Shown piece after piece: positions 18,472-28,524 of a stretch of 64,000 bases of DNA. Under the pieces are notes generated by a model. That model had not been told where the DNA came from and ran no database searches. It was given only the letters and a program-made list of their open reading frames with translations. A program made the position numbers and the translations under genes. Location: NCBI GenBank assembly GCA_017883405.1, contig JADGNO010000163.1, positions 24,524 to 88,523 of the forward strand, read 5' to 3'. The DNA comes from Terracidiphilus sp. GTDB taxonomy: Bacteria > Acidobacteriota > Terriglobia > Terriglobales > Acidobacteriaceae. Each line of letters begins with the position of its first letter. Position 1 is the first letter of the stretch.

Positions 18472-18506
18472 CAGCCATCAGCCATCAGCCATCAGCTATC
18501 AGCTCT
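18472..18506 (+). repeat. Heptamer tandem repeat
   Basis: (CAGCCAT)3-CAGCTAT-CAGCTCT between convergent genes. Confidence 0.8.
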
Positions 18507-18533
18507 TGCGGCGTGTGATGCTCGAGTTGAGCA

Positions 18534-21113
18534 TTATTCCGCCGGTGATGCCGGCGGCGCGACTTCTACATAGTCGAGACTCGCTGCATCATTGCCGTCA
18601 GGAATGCCCGTCACCTTCAATACATCGCCCGGTTTGAGCTGAATGCCCCGCGCGGTGTAGCGAGTTGAGTTGTCGCCGTGAGGCTGGCGCCACGGGAAGG
18701 TTCCATCTGCGGTCCACGAGGCCGCCGACTTGCCATTCACCTCAAGTGTGAACTTGGCTGCACCGCCCTGCAGATCGAAATGCTGCACCGCAATGTTTAA
18801 TTTTCCGGCGGTGCCTTTGTAGCTCCACTCGGCCGTGCAGCCATGCGGAGCAGCAGCTTTGTCGCAGGTCACGGCCTTACCCCGCGAAGCATCTTCCCAT
18901 GGGGTCACGTCGACAACCTTGTAACCCGTGAGCCTTGCGTCTTCTGCTTCAAGACGGCCCGGAAATTTTCCAGCGCGGCCTTTCTCGTCGGGGATTCCGC
19001 TCAGTTTGAAGAAGTACTGAACAATCGCATCGCGCCACACAATGGCGTGACCGGCCTGGTATTCCAGCCGCGCCCGCACATCTTCATAAAATGCGGAATC
19101 AACCCTTCCTTTGAGTGTTGCCCACTCCTCACCCAGCCGGGCTGCTTCGACTGCTCCCTGGTAATGGCTGTCGTAAAAATACTGGATCACCGTTTTGCCA
19201 TCGTGGAGTTTGTAAGTGTACGGAACGTGATGCATGAAGAGCAGCAGGTTGTCCGGAGTGGTTGCGGTCGACTCATAGAGCTTTGCAATTTCAGGCGGGT
19301 ATTGGCCGATGTAGCCAGTGCCCGTTGCCACAGTTCGATCCATGCCGATGCCTTCGTGATCATCGCGATGCCATTGGCCCCAGCCGTTGTGCTCGCTGGC
19401 TTCGATATCGGGTCCGTAGTGGCTGCCGGTGATCCCGGTGAGAGTTTGTGCACCTAGCGGACCGGTGTAGTGCTCATACGCGGGCCACGACTGCATGAGC
19501 ATTTTGCTCACGGTGCTGACGACGACTGCATTGTTGTTGATGGTCTGGCGCGTCCACTCCTCGGCAATCTGTTCAGGCGACAGGTTTGGATCCCACGCCA
19601 GGCGGCCGAAGGAGTAGAGATTGGCTAAAGCCATTGGCGAACCCAACCAGTCGCGGCCAATGCTTGCCACGCCCACCATGCCGCCGATAGGGCGATGAAA
19701 GCTTTTGCCGGCGATGATTTCCTTGACAGGCGTTGATTTGTCATCCGCGCGCAGATCGAAGTCGAGAACTTCTTTCCACATGGGCGCGATGTAGACAAGA
19801 TGTTTTTGCTGGCCAAGATATTCCTGCGTAATCTGCAGTTCCATGGCCTCGTCGGTTTGGCGCAGCCCGGCAAAGAGCGGCGATACTGGCTCGCGTGCCT
19901 GGAAATCGATGGGGCCTTCTTTAATCTGCACAATCACGTTGGGCGCAAAGTGGCCGTCGAGCGGATGAAAGATGTCGTACGCCGCGCGGGCGCGATCGGC
20001 TTTCATGTCGTTGTAGTCAAGATGATTGTTGTAAACGAAGGCTCGATACAGCACAACACCGCCATGCGACTGCAGGGCGTTGGCCAGGACGTTAGCTGCG
20101 TCGGCAGGACTGCGGCCGTAGCTGTTGGGGCCGGGCTGCCCCTCTGAATCTGCCTTTACGGTAATGCCGGCAAGATCAGGAATGAGTTTGTAGACTTCAT
20201 CGAATTTCGCATTCCACCAGACTTTCACCTGCGGATCGAGTGGATCGAAGGTGTTGAGGCCGCCGATTTTTTGCGGACTGGCAATATCCACGCTCATGGC
20301 AACACGCACGCCCCATGGCCGCATGGTGTCCGCAATACGCGCCAGGCCCTTGAGCCACTCGGGTGTGAGGAAGGGTGCGGCGCCGTTCACGTTGTTTATA
20401 TTGCACCCGTTGATGCCGATGGATGCCAGCATGCGCGCGTATTCGCTCACCTGCGACAGGTCTTCTCGAACGTGACCATCCTCAAAAAATATTGACCGTC
20501 CACCATAGCCGCGCTCGACTGTGCCGTTGGCGTTATCCCACTCGTTGGTCCAGCGAACGGCCATTGCCGGGCGGCCGCGGAGCGGATACTGGTTGAGGTC
20601 CTGCATCTTGGCGAGTTCAGTAGTTGCCGGATAGCGAAGAAGCGCAAAGGCGCCGTAGAGAACACCGCGTTCGTCGCCGCCGGAAATGATGAGCAATCGA
20701 TCGTCGGGGTGGCTGCCTTCTTTCGAATAGACCCAATACTCCTCAGCACCGAGATTAGCGGGAACGGGAATATTAGGGTACGCCTTGCGCACTTCTGCGG
20801 CGGTGCCCACGACGGCTTCGCCGGCAAAGACTTGCCTGGTGCTGCCGGTGGGCTGAGTTTGCGCAACATCAGCCACGCTGCGCTTCAATTCTGCAATGGC
20901 AGACTGTTCCAGAGCTCCGCTGCCCAATGCCCGCATTTTGAGGGGAATAACCATGCGGGTGGAGTGATTGCCGTAGCGAAGCCACGCCTGGTCCGCGGTT
21001 TGCGCAATGCAGGCTGACCCAAATGCGAACAGAGCGGCAAAAAGAGACACACGGCGCGCGATGCGCCCAGGAAAAGCGGTTTTCTTCATGTTCGCAGCGG
21101 GCCAGTTGATCAT
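18534..21113 (-). CDS. Alpha-glucuronidase (GH67), secreted
   Basis: AWLRY, WDN..G.VERGYGG, KADSEGQPGP, QIKEGPIDFQ, ELQITQEYLGQ; extra C-terminal beta-sandwich. Confidence 0.92.
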   Translation of the reverse strand: MINWPAANMKKTAFPGRIARRVSLFAALFAFGSACIAQTADQAWLRYGNHSTRMVIPLKMRALGSGALEQSAIAELKRSVADVAQTQPTGSTRQVFAGEAVVGTAAEVRKAYPNIPVPANLGAEEYWVYSKEGSHPDDRLLIISGGDERGVLYGAFALLRYPATTELAKMQDLNQYPLRGRPAMAVRWTNEWDNANGTVERGYGGRSIFFEDGHVREDLSQVSEYARMLASIGINGCNINNVNGAAPFLTPEWLKGLARIADTMRPWGVRVAMSVDIASPQKIGGLNTFDPLDPQVKVWWNAKFDEVYKLIPDLAGITVKADSEGQPGPNSYGRSPADAANVLANALQSHGGVVLYRAFVYNNHLDYNDMKADRARAAYDIFHPLDGHFAPNVIVQIKEGPIDFQAREPVSPLFAGLRQTDEAMELQITQEYLGQQKHLVYIAPMWKEVLDFDLRADDKSTPVKEIIAGKSFHRPIGGMVGVASIGRDWLGSPMALANLYSFGRLAWDPNLSPEQIAEEWTRQTINNNAVVVSTVSKMLMQSWPAYEHYTGPLGAQTLTGITGSHYGPDIEASEHNGWGQWHRDDHEGIGMDRTVATGTGYIGQYPPEIAKLYESTATTPDNLLLFMHHVPYTYKLHDGKTVIQYFYDSHYQGAVEAARLGEEWATLKGRVDSAFYEDVRARLEYQAGHAIVWRDAIVQYFFKLSGIPDEKGRAGKFPGRLEAEDARLTGYKVVDVTPWEDASRGKAVTCDKAAAPHGCTAEWSYKGTAGKLNIAVQHFDLQGGAAKFTLEVNGKSAASWTADGTFPWRQPHGDNSTRYTARGIQLKPGDVLKVTGIPDGNDAASLDYVEVAPPASPAE

Positions 21114-21214
21114 GTCTTTTTCTCCCTTCAAAGTTCTACCACCACCGGCTTGGAGCGCGCAGGTCGGCGGCGGTTGATATGCTTGTGAGTCTGGTCAGGA
21201 CAGGGCAGGAGTTT

Positions 21215-22258
21215 ATGCCAACTACCATGCAAGCCGTAGTAAAAGCCAAGGCCGCGCACGGAATTGAATTGCGCGAAGTGCCTGTGCCCACTCCCGGCCC
21301 CGGCGAGGTGCTGGTCCGCGTGCAGGTTGCCAGCGTGTGCGGAACCGATCTGCACATCTACAACTGGGATCCGTGGGCTAAAGGACGCATTCATCCACCG
21401 CTGATTCCGGGGCATGAATTCTCCGGCGCCGTGGCCGCCGTAGGGCGCGGAGTTTCAACCGTGCGCGAAGGCGATCTGGTAAGCGCGGAAATGCATGTGG
21501 CCTGCGGCAAATGCCTGCAGTGCCGCACCGGGCAGGCGCATATCTGCCAGCATGTGCGAATTCTGGGCGTGGATGCCGACGGCGCATTTGCCGAGTACGC
21601 CATCATTCCTGAAACAAATATCTGGAAGCTTGCGGCCACGATTCCGCACGATTATGCCTCGCTGCTCGATCCACTGGGCAATGCCGTGCACACCGTGCTG
21701 GCCGGACCGATTGCCGCTACCACCGTAGCGATTACCGGCTGCGGAGCTATCGGGCTGTTTTCGATTGCGGTTGCCAAAGCCTGCGGCGCGGCCAAGGTGT
21801 TTGCCATTGAAGTGAATGAACACCGCAGAAAAGTTGCGGCTGAAATGGGCGCCGATCTGGCTCTCGATCCGAAAGTCGATCACGTGGAAAAAGTCGTTCT
21901 TGACGCGACGGGCGGGACAGGCGTGGATGTGCTGCTGGAAATGTCGGGGCATCCTGAGGCGATCCGGCTTGGGTTTGCCATTCTGCGCACCGGCGGACGC
22001 GCATCGTTGCTCGGCATTCCTTCGCGGCCATTCGAACTGGACTTTGCTCGCGACATTATTTTTAAAGGCGCGCACGTGCAGGGCATCAATGGCCGCAAGA
22101 TGTTCGAGACGTGGTTCCAGATGGAAGCGCTGCTGGCTACGGGCAAGCTGAATCTGGAGCCAGCCATCACGCATCGCCTGAAGCTAAGCGAGTTTCACAA
22201 AGCGATGCACCTGCTGCAATCGGGCGAGGCGATCAAGGTGCTGATGCGGCCGGATTGA
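21215..22258 (+). CDS. tdh: L-threonine 3-dehydrogenase
   Basis: CGTDLHIYNWD.WA, GHEF, structural Zn cysteines, DPLGNAVHT, GINGRKMFETW. Confidence 0.93.
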   Translation: MPTTMQAVVKAKAAHGIELREVPVPTPGPGEVLVRVQVASVCGTDLHIYNWDPWAKGRIHPPLIPGHEFSGAVAAVGRGVSTVREGDLVSAEMHVACGKCLQCRTGQAHICQHVRILGVDADGAFAEYAIIPETNIWKLAATIPHDYASLLDPLGNAVHTVLAGPIAATTVAITGCGAIGLFSIAVAKACGAAKVFAIEVNEHRRKVAAEMGADLALDPKVDHVEKVVLDATGGTGVDVLLEMSGHPEAIRLGFAILRTGGRASLLGIPSRPFELDFARDIIFKGAHVQGINGRKMFETWFQMEALLATGKLNLEPAITHRLKLSEFHKAMHLLQSGEAIKVLMRPD

Positions 22259-22267
22259 GTGCAGGAA

Positions 22268-24184
22268 TCAGGGAACGGGGATTAACTGCACCTTGCGCAG
22301 GCCCCGAACGGCATTGCAGATGTAGACGGCATCGGCATTACGCAGATCATCCAGCGTGAGCACGCGCTCTTCGATTTCTGGCCGCGTTTGCAGCAGGTGA
22401 CGGCGATATACGCCCGGCAATACGCCAGATTCAATCGGCGGCGTAAACAGGCGGCCTGCCTTTTCGATAAAGACGTTGCTGATGGCGCCTTCTGTCACTT
22501 CGTCGCGCTCATTCAAAAACAATGCGTCGTCGAAGCCTTTCTCTGCGGCCTGTTTGAATGCCTGCGCGTAACGCATGCGCTGCGTTGTCTTGTGATAAAG
22601 CCACTGGTCCGATGAGTTTGTGCGCTCCGCTGCAATACACACTCGGCCTGGACCATTCGCAGCGCCTGCAATAATTTCGCTCGAAATATGCAACGCGCCG
22701 TCTGCGTCGAGCAGCAGCCTTACCTTGCGCGGCGCGTTCGCAGAAAAGGTTCGCGCGTGCTCTTCGAGAGCCGACTTCGTCTGCTCACGATCGCATGGAA
22801 ATCCGAAATAGTCCGCTGAATCTTCCAGGCGAGAGAGATGCAAATCGAGCAGCGGATACGCACCATCCCAGAGCATCGTCTCGATCAGCATGAACCTGTC
22901 ATTGAGCTTGGCATCTGGCGTAGAACGCTGCTGAACTGGATGAAGGAACTCTGCCTTCAGCCTGCATTCGCTGTACTCATCGCCGGCTACGGAGTCGATA
23001 ACGATGCCGCTACCCACGCCCATCATTCCCTCGTCGCCCTTCATCGCAAGCGTGCGAATGGCCACGTTAAATACCGTGCGCTGGGGTGAGAAGAACCCGA
23101 TGGCGCCCGTGTAAACGCCGCGCGGTTGCTCTTCAAGCTCGGCTAGTAACTGCATGGCGCGGATCTTGGGTGCGCCGGTGACGGATCCGCAGGGAAACAG
23201 CGCGCGAAAGATGTCGCCGAATTTCACATCGGATCGCAAATCTCCGCTCACTGTCGACGTCATTTGCCAGAGCGTTGAATAGCGCTCGACGGCAAACATC
23301 TTTTCTGTTTGCACGGTTCCAAACTTTGCCAGGCGTCCAAGATCGTTGCGCAGCAAGTCGACGATCATTAGGTTCTCAGCGCGGTTTTTGGGGTCGTTGC
23401 GGAGCCACTCGGCGCGCTTGCGATCTTCCTGCGTGGTGCGTCCGCGGGCTGCGGTGCCCTTCATAGGCTTCGTAGTGATGCGCCGTTCGCCGCCGTGTTC
23501 ATCGATGCGAAAGAACAGCTCGGGCGAAAGCGAGAGAATGTGTTCACCCCGCTGCGCGTGCAGAAATGCGCCGTACTCTACCGGTTGGCGAGCGCGAAGC
23601 ATTGCACACAAAGCCGCCATGCTGCCGCGTACCTTGACGCGATAAGGCGCGGTGAAGTTGAGCTGATAGACGTCGCCTGCACGAATCCACTCATGAATCG
23701 ACTGGATACGCTGAGCATATTCCTGCTCCGTCAGCGCGAACTCAGCCTCCACACTTGACTCTTCTGCATTCGCTTGCAGCACATCGCGATAATGCGAAAG
23801 CTGCGGCGGTTCTCCGTCTTCGAATGTGCCTGTGGAGTGATCGAAACGGTAGCTGCGCTCATAGATGCCGAACCATGCCAGCGGCTCACCCGCAGGCAAA
23901 GGACGCAGGCCGGCTTTTGGCTCAAAGCAATTTCCGCACTCATAGCTGAAGTAGCCCGCAGCCTTGTGCCCGGCCGCCACGGCGCGCTCGATTTCCGCAA
24001 AGAGCTCAGCGATGTCAGCCGGCGTGTATGCCACGCAAATGCGAATTGGAGCAGCAAATAGCTGCGTGCAGTTTTCCGGGCTGGTGTTCGCCAGGTGAGG
24101 CCTGCCGCACTCCAGCAGAACGGTGGCCGGTGTGTGCTCCACCATCGCGTACACTGCCGCGGGTAGGGAATGCCGGCGGTTCAT
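22268..24184 (-). CDS. pabB: Aminodeoxychorismate synthase component I fused to ADC lyase (PabB-PabC)
   Basis: GDVYQLN, SPELFF, KPMKGT, AENLMIVDLLRNDLG, FPCGSVTGAPK; C-terminal class IV PLP domain (HKTT, EGAISN, GVLPGVYR). Confidence 0.92.
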   Translation of the reverse strand: MNRRHSLPAAVYAMVEHTPATVLLECGRPHLANTSPENCTQLFAAPIRICVAYTPADIAELFAEIERAVAAGHKAAGYFSYECGNCFEPKAGLRPLPAGEPLAWFGIYERSYRFDHSTGTFEDGEPPQLSHYRDVLQANAEESSVEAEFALTEQEYAQRIQSIHEWIRAGDVYQLNFTAPYRVKVRGSMAALCAMLRARQPVEYGAFLHAQRGEHILSLSPELFFRIDEHGGERRITTKPMKGTAARGRTTQEDRKRAEWLRNDPKNRAENLMIVDLLRNDLGRLAKFGTVQTEKMFAVERYSTLWQMTSTVSGDLRSDVKFGDIFRALFPCGSVTGAPKIRAMQLLAELEEQPRGVYTGAIGFFSPQRTVFNVAIRTLAMKGDEGMMGVGSGIVIDSVAGDEYSECRLKAEFLHPVQQRSTPDAKLNDRFMLIETMLWDGAYPLLDLHLSRLEDSADYFGFPCDREQTKSALEEHARTFSANAPRKVRLLLDADGALHISSEIIAGAANGPGRVCIAAERTNSSDQWLYHKTTQRMRYAQAFKQAAEKGFDDALFLNERDEVTEGAISNVFIEKAGRLFTPPIESGVLPGVYRRHLLQTRPEIEERVLTLDDLRNADAVYICNAVRGLRKVQLIPVP

Positions 24185-24195
24185 GCAGACTCAGA

Positions 24196-25260
24196 TTACT
24201 GTACGGTCAGGACAAACTTCGTGTTTTGTGTCTGGGCAGTAATGCCGTCACTGCTCTGGCCCGTAATCGTGATGGTGTAGGTGCCGGCAGGAGTAGCGGG
24301 AACATTGCCAGGTCCGTGATTGTAGTAGTAGTAGTTCGGATTGCAAGCAGTAGTGCCGAGCATCGTGACCAACGCTACCAGCGCCAGCAGCGAAAGGCGG
24401 CTAAGCCAGGCGCGGCGGCGAGCTCCCCAGGCTAGTCCGCCGAGGCCCAGAATTCCGGGAAGCAGAATTGCCCATTGCACCGTACCGGTTCCGTTGCCGG
24501 CGTTCGAAGCAATCACGTGGACGGGGTTATTCTCCGCCTGCGTTTGCAGAACCATGGTGCCCACGGGTGGGCAGGCCGAAGCAGGCGAACCAGTGGCGCA
24601 ACTACTCGGCGTTGTTGAAAGAATCTCAATGGTGGCAGGACTGAAGGAACATCCCGCCTGATTCGGAAGCCCGGAGCAGGAAAGCGTGATAAACAGCGGC
24701 GCGGTAAGGGCGGATTGATTGATGGGTGTGACCGTCACGTTCACCGTTCCAGCCGCTCCGGCCGTAAGCACCATGGGAAGCGCCGACGGCGCAACAGGCG
24801 TGAGTGAAAGCGAGAAGCTGGGCGTTCCCGTACCGCCTACCAGTGCTGTATCTTGCGGAGACACTGAGGACAGGTGCGTTGCGTCGCCCGCATAAACAGC
24901 GCTCAGATTGTGGTTTCCGGGGGCGAGTGTAAGCTGCGCGGTCGCCTGACCGGATGCGTCAAGCACAGCACCTGCCAATTGGCGGTCGCCTTCAACTATG
25001 GCAACTGCTCCGGTGGCGGTCTGGCCATCGGCCCCGGTAACTGAAACTGTAACGGCGGTCTTCGCGTCTCCATTAACGTTGCTTGCAGACACGTTGAGCG
25101 ACGTGTGCGTGGTCACGCCTTGCGATGTTGCGGCCATCGCAAGCAGGGGTAACGCCAGCGCTATGCCCAGTCCTGCTGCCAACTTGAGCCGCAGACTGCG
25201 GCGGTTCATGCGTCTCACGTGCACCTGCTCCAGACTCTCCAGAAAATTGCGTATCGCCAA
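24196..25260 (-). CDS. Ig-like domain surface protein with C-terminal TM hairpin and internal lipobox-like Cys
   Basis: Signal peptide; group-3 Ig motif (G.H.LSAVYAGD..H..S.S); TM-RRR-TM-TTAC then TPAGTYTITITG...LTVQ. Confidence 0.75.
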   Translation of the reverse strand: MAIRNFLESLEQVHVRRMNRRSLRLKLAAGLGIALALPLLAMAATSQGVTTHTSLNVSASNVNGDAKTAVTVSVTGADGQTATGAVAIVEGDRQLAGAVLDASGQATAQLTLAPGNHNLSAVYAGDATHLSSVSPQDTALVGGTGTPSFSLSLTPVAPSALPMVLTAGAAGTVNVTVTPINQSALTAPLFITLSCSGLPNQAGCSFSPATIEILSTTPSSCATGSPASACPPVGTMVLQTQAENNPVHVIASNAGNGTGTVQWAILLPGILGLGGLAWGARRRAWLSRLSLLALVALVTMLGTTACNPNYYYYNHGPGNVPATPAGTYTITITGQSSDGITAQTQNTKFVLTVQ

Positions 25261-25495
25261 TCGGCGTCTCGCCTGCTGCTTAAGCGTAGAAGTCTATTGT
25301 ATCCGGCTGGGGCATGTTGGAGCCAACGGAACGCCGCCCGGCTTCACCTTCCCCTGAACCGCTGTACCCGGCTTGTGTTTTGACGTTTCGGCGCCCGATT
25401 GGGGAGTCCGGCAAAGCACGGCGAGCCCATAACAGCCGATCGCGGGCCGCCGCTCCCCTGAAACGCTATATGCTTTCTGTTTGAGGTGCATTGCC

Positions 25496-26710
25496 ATGAC
25501 AGAGGCTAACCCTCGCCCGCAGCTCGCCCACCTTACCGCCGTCCTCGATGATCTTCGCGCCAAGGGCACCTATTTCCACCTCCGGGTTCTCGATGATCAG
25601 CAGGCCCCGGTATGCCATTATGACGGCAAAGAAGTCATCAACCTGGCCAGCAACAATTACCTGGGCCTGGCGAACGATCCACGGCTCATCCAGGCGGCTA
25701 TAGACGCTACGCGCACCTATGGAGTTGGATCGGGGGCCGTGCGGACCATTGCCGGGACCATGCGCCTGCACATGGAGCTTGAAGAGAAGATTGCCCGCTT
25801 CAAAAACGTTGAGGCGTGCGTCGTATTTCAAAGCGGATTTGCCGCCAACGCCGGTACCGTGAGCGCCATCCTGGGCAAAGAAGACTACATCCTTTCCGAC
25901 GAGCTGAATCACGCCAGCATTATCGACGGTGCCAGGCTTTCGCGGGCCAGCATCAAGGTTTTTCGCCACAAAGATATCGCCCACTGCGAACAGCTGCTGC
26001 AGGAGCTGGCCGGCGAGCCGGGCAGAAAGCTGGTGATCACGGACGGCGTCTTCTCAATGGACGGCGACATTGGTCCGGTGGACAAGCTGGCCGCGCTTGC
26101 TGAGAAATGCGGCGCCATCATGATGGTGGACGACGCTCATGCCTCGGGCGTGCTCGGCCGCAACGGGCGGGGATCGGTGGATCATTTTGCCATGCACGGC
26201 AAGGTGGATGTGCAGGTAGGCACGCTGTCCAAGGCCATCGGATCACTGGGTGGCTACGTCTGCGGATCAAGAGATTTGATTGAGTATCTGTACCATCGTG
26301 CGCGGCCATTTCTGTTCTCTACATCGCACCCGCCGTCTGTGGCGGCCACGTGCATTGCGGCGTTCGACCTGCTGGAGAAGGAGCCGGAACGGATTATGCG
26401 GCTTTGGGCCAACACGCGCTATTTCCAGGGCGAACTCAAGCGAATCGGCTTCAACATTGGCGGGGTGACTACGCCTGCAACAGAAACTCCAATTACGCCG
26501 ATCATTGTGGGCGAAGGACGCAAGGCAATGGAATTCTCGCGCGCGCTGTTTGAAGAAGGTGTAATGGCGACGGGAATTGCGTTTCCCACGGTGCCCGAGG
26601 GCAAAGCAAGAATTCGGCTGATCCTGACTAGTGAACATACGCGCGCGCAACTCGATCAGGCTCTTGAAAAGCTTGAACGAGTGGCGAAGCGGCTGGGGAT
26701 TCTACAATAG
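25496..26710 (+). CDS. kbl: Glycine C-acetyltransferase (2-amino-3-ketobutyrate CoA ligase)
   Basis: SNNYLGLA, GSGAVRTIAGT, SDELNHASIIDG, TDGVFSMDGD, GTLSKA; tdh nearby favours kbl over bioF. Confidence 0.85.
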   Translation: MTEANPRPQLAHLTAVLDDLRAKGTYFHLRVLDDQQAPVCHYDGKEVINLASNNYLGLANDPRLIQAAIDATRTYGVGSGAVRTIAGTMRLHMELEEKIARFKNVEACVVFQSGFAANAGTVSAILGKEDYILSDELNHASIIDGARLSRASIKVFRHKDIAHCEQLLQELAGEPGRKLVITDGVFSMDGDIGPVDKLAALAEKCGAIMMVDDAHASGVLGRNGRGSVDHFAMHGKVDVQVGTLSKAIGSLGGYVCGSRDLIEYLYHRARPFLFSTSHPPSVAATCIAAFDLLEKEPERIMRLWANTRYFQGELKRIGFNIGGVTTPATETPITPIIVGEGRKAMEFSRALFEEGVMATGIAFPTVPEGKARIRLILTSEHTRAQLDQALEKLERVAKRLGILQ

Positions 26711-26717
26711 GCGAGAA

Positions 26718-27308
26718 ATGATCGCTCACTTGCGCGGGAAGCTGATTTTCAAACAGCCGGGCCAGGCCATTGTTGAAGCGGCCGGCGTGGGCTATGACGT
26801 TACCATCTCCGTGCCGACGTTTACAGCGCTTCCTTCCCTCGGGCAGGAAGCTTCGCTGCATATCCACACGCAGGTGAGCGAAGACCAGATTGCGCTGTTC
26901 GGCTTTCTTGAAAACGAAGAAAAGCGGCTGTTTGAGCGGCTCATCACCGTATCTGGCGTGGGCCCCAAGCTAGCCATCAAGATGCTGAGTGGTCTTTCAT
27001 CAGACCGCACCGTGCAGGCCATTCGCGGGCAGGACCACGCGCAGCTGGTGCGGATTCCCGGCGTTGGCAAAAAGCTGGCCGAACGGCTGGTTGTGGAGCT
27101 CAAAGACAAGCTTGACGACTTTGCCGTGGCGCCCGCGACAACCACCATCCAAGGCGCGGCCGTGGACGATGTACTTTCTGCGTTGACGAACCTGGGCTAT
27201 CAGCGGCCGGCGGCTGAAAAGGCCATTGAGCAGGCCGTCGCAAAGGACAAGGAACTGGCGGGCGATTTTGACGGGCTTTTCCGTGGCGCGCTCAAGGTTA
27301 TCCGGTAG
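26718..27308 (+). CDS. ruvA: Holliday junction branch migration protein RuvA
   Basis: MIAHLRG, GVGY, LFGF, VSGVGPK, IPGVGKK.AERLVVELKDK. Confidence 0.96.
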   Translation: MIAHLRGKLIFKQPGQAIVEAAGVGYDVTISVPTFTALPSLGQEASLHIHTQVSEDQIALFGFLENEEKRLFERLITVSGVGPKLAIKMLSGLSSDRTVQAIRGQDHAQLVRIPGVGKKLAERLVVELKDKLDDFAVAPATTTIQGAAVDDVLSALTNLGYQRPAAEKAIEQAVAKDKELAGDFDGLFRGALKVIR

Positions 27309-27491
27309 TCTAAAGGGACACTTGGCGGTCAACCGAAGCACCGGGTCGCGAATTTTCCCACATTTTCGCGGGTTTCAACGGTTTCTGCCAGGTACTGTAA
27401 CCCTTTGTCAGTATGTATCGTCCTGACAAATACTAGCCGCTGCCCACTGCCCCTGGAGTGTCAGCTTTCCGAGTGTTCAAAGGATGTTTGA

Positions 27492-28409
27492 TTGCGCTGT
27501 TTCACTGCATTTCTGTGCCTCAGTATCGCTGTCTGTGGTCGCGCCGCCGCTCTGCCGTCTACCGACGCGATAACGCTTGTAGATGCGGTGACGCCTGACG
27601 AATTCCGCGCAGATTCGCTTTCAGGCTTTACTTCTTCAGCAGATCTGAGATTGGCGATTGATTCCGCCGAGAACTCCCGGGCCACATTGGAAACCGCGAA
27701 TCCTCAAGTGGCTCCAGCCGCGCCCTTAGACGGTGACGCCAAACCAATCCCCCTCGAACTGCAGCAGCCCAAGCGCATTCTGGGATTCATGCCCAACTTC
27801 CGCTCCGTATCCAGCGGCAGCAAGCCGCACCCACCAGGCTGGAAGTACAACTTCACCGTAGCCACGCGCCAGTCAACCGACTATTCGTCGTTCGTCTTTC
27901 TGGGTATCACTTCGCTGACGGCCGAGGGCATGAACATGCACCCGTCACTCGGCAAAGGTATCGGCGGTGCCTGGGCGTACACCTGGCGTGGCTTTCTCGA
28001 CAAGAGCGACAATACCTATCTTTCAGCATGGCTGCTTTCCTCTGCACTGCACGAGGACACGCGCTTCTACGCACTTGGCACCGGCCACAGCATTCCCATG
28101 CGAGAGCTGTACGTCATCAGCCGGCAGGCTGTCGCGCGCACCTACGGTGGCAAGCAAACGCCTAACATCGCCGGACTCGGGGCCAAGGTTCTTACGCAGA
28201 TTGTTTCGCGTACGTACTACCCATCGAGCGCGACCACCTTCCCAGTTCTGGCCACCAAGTTTGCCTACTCGGCAATGCGCGATATTGCGATCACGTCGAT
28301 CCGCGAGTTCTATCCGGACGCGGCCGCGCACTTCATCCGCAAGCATCGGGAAAAAGTGGCCCGTATGGCGCAGCACGACAACGACGCGGCGGACGTGCCT
28401 GCCCCCTGA
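27492..28409 (+). CDS. Hypothetical exported protein
   Basis: Signal peptide; KRILGFMPNF and LHEDTRFY segments resemble conserved acidobacterial hypothetical proteins (recollection, unverified). Confidence 0.6.
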   Translation: MRCFTAFLCLSIAVCGRAAALPSTDAITLVDAVTPDEFRADSLSGFTSSADLRLAIDSAENSRATLETANPQVAPAAPLDGDAKPIPLELQQPKRILGFMPNFRSVSSGSKPHPPGWKYNFTVATRQSTDYSSFVFLGITSLTAEGMNMHPSLGKGIGGAWAYTWRGFLDKSDNTYLSAWLLSSALHEDTRFYALGTGHSIPMRELYVISRQAVARTYGGKQTPNIAGLGAKVLTQIVSRTYYPSSATTFPVLATKFAYSAMRDIAITSIREFYPDAAAHFIRKHREKVARMAQHDNDAADVPAP

Positions 28410-28524
28410 AAAATGTCGCAGTTCATTATGGCCTGACCTTGGTCGACGCCGCATCGCAGAAGCGATCCGTGAAGGACTCCGGGCTTTGGTACAGCAGCGT
28501 CGCGGCGGCGAACCACCCGAGGGT

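Noticed and set aside
25496-26710. Alternative call as bioF (8-amino-7-oxononanoate synthase)
   Set aside because: GAVRTIAGT motif, proximity to tdh and absence of bio genes favour kbl, though dual activity cannot be excluded
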